Below are positions 9,235 to 16,351 of a stretch of 32,000 nt of DNA, piece by piece. Positions within the stretch are counted from its first letter, which is position 1. Every line of letters begins with the position of its first letter. Source of the stretch: Opitutales bacterium (GTDB lineage: Bacteria > Verrucomicrobiota > Verrucomicrobiia > Opitutales > PNEW01); contig CBDCNV010000001.1 in the NCBI GenBank assembly GCA_965219535.1, positions 60,001 to 92,000 of the forward strand, in the 5' to 3' direction. The notes under the pieces were generated by a model. That model was not told the DNA's origin and did not search any database. It saw only the letters and a list, made by a program, of their open reading frames with translations. The translations under genes and the position numbers were made by a program.

Positions 9235-9261
9235 ATTGGTACGAAAAACGGGGTCCGATCA

Positions 9262-10247
9262 ATGTATCCGTTCTGCCAAGGGCTTCCTGGTTCGATATAG
9301 AGGGTATTGATTTTCATCGCAGTTAGCCAGGCTCTCAATTCACTTCCAATAAATGGCTTCGCATGTCGTCGCTTCGCTCCTCGGAACCGATCCATTGTCG
9401 CTGCGAATATATTTTGGCGGCCCATGACGGTCGAGCAGTTTTTGCATGACCCCGCGCACCTTCTCCGCATTGATATGGCGATCGACATGGATCACCCGGC
9501 ACTCGCGGGTGTACTCGTCAAGGACGGTCAGCATTTTGAGATTCCCACCGCGGACCGTCTTATCGTGGATAAAATCCCAGGTCTAAACAGGGACGGGAGC
9601 CCGGTGGAGACACGCCGACGCCTTGGTTTGCGTGGGGGGATCGTCAGGCCCAGTTCACGTCGCAGACCTTGCACGAGCCGTTTACCCACCTGCCAGCCTT
9701 CGTCCTTCAACAGCTTCGTGATCTTCGCATAGCCCCACCTCGCGTATTGCCGTGATAACCGCCTTACTGCCGCTTTTAGTTTCGTTAGCCAGGCATCCGG
9801 ATACTTCGCCCGATATGCATAGGTGGAGCGGTGCAGGTGAAAGTATCGGCACGCTCCACGCATCGAACACTGACCCCGAGCCACATAGTTTTCCGACACC
9901 TGACGTTTGTGCCTAGCACTTACCGTTTTTTCTCAGCGCTTCCTTGAGAATCTCTATGGCTAACAGCTTGTCCGCGAGTATCCGCTTTAACCGTTTGTAT
10001 TCTTTATTCAACTCCTTCCTCTTGGCCCGATTCACATCAATCATTCAATCTCCCGCTGCCAACAGTGGAAGGTCTGTTCGCTGACGTTGTTATCCCGGCA
10101 CACTTCCTGGATCGATTTGCCCTTGTCTGCTTGCCGCAATATACGTATCTTCTCTTCGGTTGTATATTTTTTGCCCTTCATTGTCTGGTCCTTTCTAGGT
10201 TACCCAGACTAACTTTTCAAGTGTACCAGTTTTCGTGGATATGACCA
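9262..10247 (-). mobile_element. Remnant of a third, distinct IS3-family element (frameshifted orfA/orfB; 3' end removed by IS copy B)
   Basis: orfA starts at ATG 10181..10179 (MKGKKYTTEEKIRILRQADKGKSIQEVCRDNNVSEQTF..), then changes frame to ..MIDVNRAKRKELNKEYKRLKRILADKLL... orfB pieces are 9528..9899, 9340..9534 and 9231..9488 (..YIRSDNGS.., ..GSPWQNGYI), cut at 9262. An IR-like end (TGGTCATATCCACGAAAACTGGTACAC, rc) ends near 10247. Confidence 0.8.
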
Positions 10248-10855
10248 ATAGGCATGGAGGGAGTGTGCCACGTCTCTTCCTTGGTCGAACTGATGAAGGG
10301 AATCTATGGCGCTTCGGCGTGCATTTGCCTGAGGCAACGTGTGAGGAACTTGCGTCACTTGGCGAAGATGAGCCGCTGACTTTGATTGGTCGACCTAAAT
10401 ATGAGTCCACTTATATCCAAATACTCTCAGCACTGTCCCCCGTAGAGCGAACATGGTTTGGCCCAGCGTATTGGTTTCCTCGTGGAGCAGCGCCGACTGC
10501 AGGACCGGTTTTGATGAATGAAGAGAATTCACATTTCCTTCAATGTGGACTTGAGGCCTGGCTACCAGATGTACCCCACCACCAACCCTTTGCAGTAATG
10601 ATTGAAAACAGAAGAGCAGTCTCGGTTTGTGCTAGCGTAAGGATAACACCAGCCGCTCATGAGGCAGGAGTTGAGACTTTAGAGAAATACCGACGAAAGG
10701 GGTACGCTGTTTTAACCGTATCAACCTGGGCTAAGGCAGTTGAAGAAATGGGTGCTTTACCGCTCTATAGTACTTCGATAGAGAATGTCGCATCTCAAAG
10801 TGTTGCAGTGCGTTTAGACTTGGCTAGATACGGTGTTGACTTCCATGTAGTTTAA
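10241..10855 (+). CDS. GNAT-family (FR47-like) N-acetyltransferase
   Basis: C-terminal acetyl-CoA-binding region GVETLEKYRRKGYAVLTVSTWAKAVEEMGALPLYSTSIENVASQSVAVRLDL. The ORF-track start GTG 10235 lies inside the neighbouring IS end, so ATG 10241 is preferred. Start uncertain. Confidence 0.6.
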   Translation: MTNRHGGSVPRLFLGRTDEGNLWRFGVHLPEATCEELASLGEDEPLTLIGRPKYESTYIQILSALSPVERTWFGPAYWFPRGAAPTAGPVLMNEENSHFLQCGLEAWLPDVPHHQPFAVMIENRRAVSVCASVRITPAAHEAGVETLEKYRRKGYAVLTVSTWAKAVEEMGALPLYSTSIENVASQSVAVRLDLARYGVDFHVV

Positions 10856-10970
10856 AGCGATGCATAACGCTGTTCGTTCCTCGCTCTGCTGTTACCTGCC
10901 AGTGATGCGTGGCGTTATACAAAAAATGGTTTTGAAAAAATGAAAAAACCACTGATGCCAAGCGACAGAG

Positions 10971-10985
10971 TGGAGTGACCCCCAA
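10971..10985 (+). repeat. Orphan 15-nt copy of the IS left terminus (TGGAGTGACCCCCAA)
   Basis: Identical to the first 15 nt of IRL at 7917 and 15667. Sequence beyond it is unrelated to the IS. Confidence 0.6.
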
Positions 10986-11177
10986 TGAATAGTTGGGTGC
11001 AACCTAAACCCAACAAGAAGGTGAGCAAAGGCATTTGCACTGCAGGAAAACGGAAACATATGAAACCATCACGAACCCTACTGGCAGAACATTACCAATA
11101 ACTAGCTCATGCCCAGGCAAAGGACTGTGATTGATTCAACCATCAGCCACCACAACCATTATACAGCTTCCAAACTA

Positions 11178-11840
11178 CTAAACCGGCTTCACAGCCTTAA
11201 TACCAAAAGATAAGTCAGAAAACCTTTTAACACGAATCGACTGAAAACATAATTTCTCAAGAGCCAACAAGGATTCATCAACATACCAGAAAAATTCTTC
11301 CTCTATCGCCTCTGCCGTAACATCCTCCCCTTGCTTTCTATACTTTTCAATTTGCGACTTCTTCAAATCTTTCGATTCAAGCATTAGATCCCCAAAGACG
11401 GCAACCCCTCCCGGCTCAAGGACTTTCCATATTTTATTAAATAGCATCTTCTTTTCTTCCTCTAAAAGATGATGTACTGTGTACGTACTCATAACCACAT
11501 GAAATGATCCCAACTCACCATCAAAGACACCCAATATGTCATCAGCTATAAACTTTCTGGTTTTGAGATGTTCCAACTTTTCTCGAGCCAATTTTTCCAT
11601 CTCCTCAGAGACATCTACACACACGATTTCGGAACATTGATGGATCTTCTCAGTCAAATTGCCTGAACCCGAACCCAGCTCCAAAACCCGCTTATCTTTG
11701 ACTACTTCCGCGTTACTAAAAACCCATTGCAAAGTTTCCGCATAGCCCGTGCGTATCGGGAAACTCTCGTCCTTTACATCATCATCGTAGCCTTCGGCAG
11801 AGTCATCGTGGTTAAAATCACTAACGTGTTTACTTCTCAT
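11178..11840 (-). CDS. Class I SAM-dependent methyltransferase
   Basis: Motif I VLELGSGSGNLT; acidic post-I (VCVDVSEEM); motif IV-like VMSTYTVHHL. Confidence 0.85.
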   Translation of the reverse strand: MRSKHVSDFNHDDSAEGYDDDVKDESFPIRTGYAETLQWVFSNAEVVKDKRVLELGSGSGNLTEKIHQCSEIVCVDVSEEMEKLAREKLEHLKTRKFIADDILGVFDGELGSFHVVMSTYTVHHLLEEEKKMLFNKIWKVLEPGGVAVFGDLMLESKDLKKSQIEKYRKQGEDVTAEAIEEEFFWYVDESLLALEKLCFQSIRVKRFSDLSFGIKAVKPV

Positions 11841-12121
11841 TTTTCTAAGAGACTATCCAATAATTCTATTTAGCAAGTCTTTTAATCATGAGTCTGGACA
11901 TTCTATGTGAATCATCGTTTCGAATGAGCAGACTTTCGATTCTTTATTAACTTGAAGCCTTCCCTGCTGAGTGATCCAAGCGAAATGACGTGCCCCCAAA
12001 TCGTATCATTAACAGAGAGAGGTTATCGGGATAAACTGACCTGTCCCCGTAAAACTGGACCAGCAAAGATTTAGTCTGGCATGGGTGAAAAACTAATAAA
12101 TAATAGGAGAAAGAACGACCC

Positions 12122-12394
12122 ATGAAAAGCAAAGGCAAACGCTATAATAAAGAACAAATCATCTATGCCCTAAGGCAGGTAGAAGGCGGTCGAAGGATTG
12201 CCGAAGTGTGCCGAGAGTTAGGCGTAAGCGAACAGACCTACCACCGATGGAAGGGTAAATACGCGGGCCTGGGAATAAGCGAATTAAGACGGCTGAAGCA
12301 ACTTGACGAAGAGAACAGCAGTTTGAAGAAACTGGTAGCTGATCTGAGCCTGGACAAGCACATGCTGCAGGAAGTAATCGCAAAAAAGTTATAA
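12122..12394 (+). CDS. IS3-family transposase OrfA (HTH + leucine zipper)
   Basis: MKSKGKRYNKEQIIYALRQVEGGRRIAEVCRELGVSEQTYHRWKGKY..LKQLDEENSSLKKLVADLSLDKHML; uninterrupted. Confidence 0.9.
   Translation: MKSKGKRYNKEQIIYALRQVEGGRRIAEVCRELGVSEQTYHRWKGKYAGLGISELRRLKQLDEENSSLKKLVADLSLDKHMLQEVIAKKL
12382..12388 (+). promoter_or_regulatory. -1 programmed frameshift motif A AAA AAG
   Basis: gcA AAA AAG tta taa is in phase with orfA. orfB is open in the -1 frame from here. Confidence 0.7.
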
Positions 12395-12399
12395 AGCCA

Positions 12400-13449
12400 G
12401 TGGACAAGAAGGTGATTGCTGACTGGTTAGTGGAAGCTTATGAAGTTAGCAAACGCCGGGCGTACAGGCTGATGCAGTTGTCTTGGTCGAGTTATAACTA
12501 CCAGCCTGTGAAGAGGGACGAACGCGCGCTTATCATGCGCATACGTGACCTCGCCGCAGCGCGGGTGCGCTACGGGTATCGGCGAATCACGGTGTTATTA
12601 AAACGGGAAGGCTGGTCGGTAGGAAAGAAACGCGTTTATCGGCTCTACAAGGCCGAAGGGCTGGAAGTGCGCACGAAGAAACGAAAGAAGCGTGCCGCGC
12701 AAAGGCGGGTCGCACTGCCCGCGGCTACAGCAGCCCAGGAGCGCTGGTCGATGGACTTTATGAGCGATCGGCTGACCAACGGCCGCCCCTTCCGCATACT
12801 CACCGTTGTCGATCAATACACCCGAGCTTGCCCACTGCTTTTGGTCGATACGTCCATCGGTGGGCGCAAAGTCGCTGCAGCACTTATGAAAGCCGCTGCA
12901 GGAATCGGTCTTCCCAAAACCATTACCGTCGATAATGGTCCCGAGTTTGCCGGCAAAGTACTCGATGAATGGGCTTATGGCCATGGCATCAAGCTGGATT
13001 TTATCCGCCCAGGCAGACCCGTAGAAAATGGTTATATTGAGAGCTTCAATGGACGCTTACAAGATGAACTTCTTAACCCCAAGATATTTTGTACGCTAGC
13101 TGAAGTGAAAGAGCAACTTGAATCCTGGAGGTTTGATTATAATATTCAAAGACCACACTGTTCTCTGGGCTATCGGCCTTCGGCCGAATACGCCCAGAGC
13201 GCCATATCTAAGCAAATCAAAACCCTTGCCACCCTGCTGGATTTAAAACTGACTCTGGTACAGCATAAGGGTGCAGGTCACGTAACATATCGAAAAATCG
13301 ATAAATCCAACCTTTCTAACAAATCATATGAGAAGTCTCGGACAGAAAATGTACCTTATTCGACTCGTCGGTTCCATTTCTCTCCTTTCTCTCGGCGTTC
13401 CAATGGGGAACTACGCCGCATGGAGTCCACTACCACCACCACCCGATGA
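12400..13449 (+). CDS. IS3-family transposase OrfB (DDE integrase core), expressed as OrfAB by -1 frameshift; the ORF has no stop inside the IS
   Basis: WSMDFMSD; TVDNGPEF; ENGYIESFNGRLQDE; RPHCSLGY. The reading frame passes through IRR (13280) and only stops at 13447-13449 in flanking DNA. Confidence 0.85.
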   Translation: MDKKVIADWLVEAYEVSKRRAYRLMQLSWSSYNYQPVKRDERALIMRIRDLAAARVRYGYRRITVLLKREGWSVGKKRVYRLYKAEGLEVRTKKRKKRAAQRRVALPAATAAQERWSMDFMSDRLTNGRPFRILTVVDQYTRACPLLLVDTSIGGRKVAAALMKAAAGIGLPKTITVDNGPEFAGKVLDEWAYGHGIKLDFIRPGRPVENGYIESFNGRLQDELLNPKIFCTLAEVKEQLESWRFDYNIQRPHCSLGYRPSAEYAQSAISKQIKTLATLLDLKLTLVQHKGAGHVTYRKIDKSNLSNKSYEKSRTENVPYSTRRFHFSPFSRRSNGELRRMESTTTTTR

Positions 13450-14425
13450 GTTCGACTGGATCCAGTTGACCTCGGGAGAGTGGCTAAAGGGTGAAATTAA
13501 AGAGATGTATGATTACACCGTCGAGTTTGACAGCGACAAACTCGGCCTCCTCGACATCGATTGGGACGATGTAGCGCAGATGCACTCGGCACGATCGCAA
13601 ATGGTCCGTTATGGAGATCGACAAACTGCAACTGGCAAACTCTTTATGAAAGGAGATGAACTCGTGGTTACGGAGTCGGAGAAAGACCTAGTAATAAATC
13701 GCTCAGACGTTTTTTCAATCGCTGCTGGGAGCCCCAAGAAACTGGACTTGTGGTCCGCAAAAGCCACCGTCGGCGCGAACATTGGGAGCGGAAACACCGA
13801 ACAAGCCGACTGGAATACCTTGGTGACGATCCAGCATCGAACCGCGAATAACCGCTTCTACTTCGATTACATCGGAACTTTCAGTAAAACCGAGGGAATA
13901 GAAACGGCCAATAGTCATCGCACTAATTCATATTTCGATATTTCTTTTACAAAGAAATTTTTCGTTCGCCCCTTCGCCATTGAGTCTTTCGCGAATCCCT
14001 TTCAAAACATAGATAACCGCTATTCTCTTGGCGCAGGGGTCGGCTACAACATTAAGAGAAACTCAAAAACGGAATGGGATACCACGACAGAAATCAGTTA
14101 TCAATTGACACGGTTCTCCACCGTGCAGGTCGGAGAACAGGCAAGCGATGAGGCGCTCTCGTTCTCAGTCGGATCCCATTTCGTAACGGAGATCACAGAA
14201 TGGCTGGATCTGAACGGAATCTATGAGTTACGCTATGCCGACGAAGCTTCCGGGGGAGTTATTTCACATTCCATAACAAGCATCGAGTTCGAGATTACAA
14301 ACAGGCTCAACCTTAATGTTTCCTTTGTATGGGACTGGACAGCGAATCCTATTCCCGACGCCACCGGTAAGGAACCGGAGGAAAACGATTTCCAGTTCAT
14401 ATTTGGTATCGGATTGGATCTGTAG
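13349..14425 (+). CDS. DUF481-like outer-membrane beta-barrel protein
   Basis: Signal-like N-terminus MYLIRLVGSISLLSLGVPMG from ATG 13349. Alternating beta-strand pattern with GANIGSGNTEQ.. and a C-terminal aromatic-rich FQFIFGIGLDL. The ORF track starts at 13328. Confidence 0.65.
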   Translation: MYLIRLVGSISLLSLGVPMGNYAAWSPLPPPPDEFDWIQLTSGEWLKGEIKEMYDYTVEFDSDKLGLLDIDWDDVAQMHSARSQMVRYGDRQTATGKLFMKGDELVVTESEKDLVINRSDVFSIAAGSPKKLDLWSAKATVGANIGSGNTEQADWNTLVTIQHRTANNRFYFDYIGTFSKTEGIETANSHRTNSYFDISFTKKFFVRPFAIESFANPFQNIDNRYSLGAGVGYNIKRNSKTEWDTTTEISYQLTRFSTVQVGEQASDEALSFSVGSHFVTEITEWLDLNGIYELRYADEASGGVISHSITSIEFEITNRLNLNVSFVWDWTANPIPDATGKEPEENDFQFIFGIGLDL

Positions 14426-14553
14426 CCGACGCCCGAATCATTTCCTGGATGGCGTTCGTTACCGATCCCCAAATCTTGTCAACAACCATCTGTGGCTGAT
14501 GTCGGTGAAGAAAGTTCAGGAAAAGGACGATAATTAGAAGTGAATAGTGAGAG

Positions 14554-14850
14554 TGATCGGACCCCGTTTTTCGTACCAATTTTTAAGTGAGAGAGTTACC
14601 GGGTGTTAATGGTTTTAGGATTGATGTATATGAGAGATCTTGGCGCAGTGAGGGCGTAGCCCGAACGCGGCCAAGATCTGAAAGGATACTGATAAACTCC
14701 AGTGGACTTTTAAAGCCTAAATGACTATGAGGATGTTCATTATTGTAGGTCTGACGCCATTGTTAGATTACCCCTTGCGCTTCAGCTACGCTGAGCAATA
14801 CATCAGGGTTCAGACACGCATCGCGTAATCGGTTGTGAAACGACTCGATG
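14554..14850 (-). mobile_element. Diverged (~85-90% by eye) right-end fragment of an IS related to the 1345-bp element, internally truncated
   Basis: TGATCGGACCCCGTTTTTCGTACCAATTTTTAAGTGAGAGAGTTACCGGGTGTTAATGG.. is colinear with 3445..3740 and ends abruptly after ..GTGAAACGACTCGATG at 14850. Confidence 0.85.
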
Positions 14851-14978
14851 TATGACACTATATGGATCTATCAATCAAATGAGGTATACGCGGAATTAAT
14901 GGATTAAGTTTCAATCAGTAAATCGATATAATATTAAAACCATAGTGAGTATTGTATTAATTCATCTAATATCATTAA

Positions 14979-15509
14979 ATGTCTTTAATGATAATTTCTA
15001 ACCCATCTTATGTAGTTCTTGAAATTCCAGATCCAATTTCTACGACAATCACAAAAATTCGTGAAAAATATGAACCTCAAATAGCTCATTTCCCCGTTGA
15101 GATTACTGTAGCGGGTTCATCAGGAGTAGGCCCCATCTCTTCTGGACAAGAATTGGATTTTGTAATTTCTGAATTAGAAATAATTCTAGTTTCATTTCAA
15201 TCGTTCGAGATATCTTTTCTGACTATAGAACGATTTCCTGAAACAGATATTTTCTACCTTGTCCCTAATGACAAGTCACCGTTTAAAAAATTACATGATT
15301 TGATAAAAAGTACTAATATCAGGTTTGAAACGAATCCACATCCATACGATCCCCATTGTAGTTTACGCGGTTTTACTCCACTCCCCAAAGGATTAGAAGA
15401 TGAGATCAATAGGATCATCTTCCCAAAGGAACAGTTTAAGATATCTAAAATTGCTATATATGAGGTTGATGGAATGAAAACTAATAAACTTTGGGGTAAA
15501 GGTCTTTAA
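14979..15509 (+). CDS. 2H-phosphoesterase (LigT / 2'-5' RNA ligase-like) superfamily protein, tentative
   Basis: 176 aa. Second HxS/T motif is present (PHCSLRG). The position of the first motif reads VEITVAG (no His). AT-rich relative to its neighbours. Confidence 0.45.
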   Translation: MSLMIISNPSYVVLEIPDPISTTITKIREKYEPQIAHFPVEITVAGSSGVGPISSGQELDFVISELEIILVSFQSFEISFLTIERFPETDIFYLVPNDKSPFKKLHDLIKSTNIRFETNPHPYDPHCSLRGFTPLPKGLEDEINRIIFPKEQFKISKIAIYEVDGMKTNKLWGKGL

Positions 15510-15534
15510 GAAGAATAATCTCATGAAGTGACTA

Positions 15535-15666
15535 TGGAGTGCTCCCCCAAATGGTATCATTTACAGAGAGAGGTTATCGGGATAAACAGATAACCTCAAT
15601 GAAAAGAAAACGATACCCAACAGAACAGATAATCGCAATACTGCGGCAAGCCGATACCGGGAAAAC
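15535..15666 (+). mobile_element. Diverged (~90%) left-end fragment of a related IS, cut at 15666 by copy C
   Basis: TGGAGTGCTCCCCCAAATGGTATCATTTACAGAGAGAGGTTATCGGGATAAACAGATAACCTCAATGAAAAGAAAACGATACCC.. parallels 7917..8048, with about a dozen differences. Confidence 0.85.
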
Positions 15667-16351
15667 TGGAGTGACCCCCAAAAATCGTATCATTTACAGA
15701 GAGAGGTTATCGGGATAAACAGATAACCTCAATGAAAAGAAAAAGATACACAACAGAACAGATTATAACAATATTGCGGCAAGCCGATACCGGTAAAACG
15801 GTACAGGAAATCTGCCGTGGAAACAACCTGAGCGAACAGACTTTCTATCGCTGGCGTAAAAAATATGGCAATTTAGAACTTGCCGATGCGAAGCGATTTA
15901 AAGAGCTGGAAAAAGAATTCACGAGCGCAAGCGAGAAGGCCTGACATACCGAGCTGAAGAAGCTGCTCGCAGATCAAATGCTCAAGAATCAGGTAATGGA
16001 GGAAACGCTGTCAAAAAAATGGTGAGCCCAAAGCAGAAGAAACGAGTAGTAAAAGCTGCGGCTGAGAAAGGGTTGTGCTCGTTGCGGAGGGCTTGTGCTT
16101 ATCTCAGCCTGAGTTGGTCAACGTTCAGTTACCGGCCCAAACAGGCCAGTGAGAAAGCTCAGCGGTTGGTCGAGCGGATTGTGAGCTTGTCCTGGAAACA
16201 TCCCCGCTACGGTTACCGGCGCATCCGTGCCTTGCTGGTAAAGGAAGGCTGGACAACAAGCAGGAAGTTTGTCCAGGCGGTACGACGTTCAGAAGGGCTG
16301 CAGGTAAAGCCCCCGAAAAAGGGCAGACACCGTCAAGGAGTCTCTACGGGG
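15667..16351 (+). mobile_element. IS3-family element copy C, 5' 685 bp only
   Basis: Matches copy B from IRL through orfB codon ~111 (..RQGVSTG). It then abuts the IRR of inverted copy D. Confidence 0.9.
15732..16351 (+). pseudogene. Truncated transposase orfA / orfB-5' of copy C
   Basis: ORF-track 15732..15944 and 16019..16354 are identical to copy B, including the orfA TGA. Confidence 0.85.

Larger units (their letters stand above)
7917..9261 (+). mobile_element. IS3-family insertion sequence, full-length copy B (1345 bp, reference copy)
   Basis: IRL TGGAGTGACCCCC.. begins at 7917; IRR ..GGGGTCCGATCA ends at 9261. Same length as copy A. Confidence 0.95.
11986..13280 (+). mobile_element. 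Second IS3-family element (IS407-group-like), apparently intact, ~1295 bp
   Basis: IRL is TGACGTGCCCCCAAATCGTATCATTAACAGAGAG at 11986. IRR (rc) is TGACCTGCACCCTTATGCTGTACCAGAG, ending at 13280. Contains orfA, an A AAA AAG slippery site, and orfB with a full DDE triad. Confidence 0.85.

Noticed and set aside
3442-9264. Copies A and B as a composite transposon carrying the membrane-protein, LOG and FGE genes; the outer flanks read cat...atg
   Set aside because: The flanks are reverse complements, not direct repeats. The outer flanking sequences (methyltransferase gene versus another IS) are not halves of one target. A 3-nt coincidence has a 1/64 chance.
10864-10918. Inverted repeat ATAACGC ... 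GCGTTAT after the GNAT gene, as a terminator or structured RNA
   Set aside because: The stem is 7 bp with a 41-nt loop and no U-tract, and no further covariation evidence is available.
13281-13449. The 56-residue tail of ORF 12400..13449 as genuine conserved transposase sequence
   Set aside because: It lies beyond the inverted repeat in flanking DNA, is low-complexity (..STTTTTR) and overlaps the DUF481-like gene start. It is treated as a read-through artefact of the insertion site.
14397-14579. 60-aa minus-strand ORF between the DUF481-like gene and the IS fragment
   Set aside because: It starts inside the IS inverted repeat and overlaps the DUF481-like 3' end, with no motif. At most it is a remnant of a gene destroyed by the IS.
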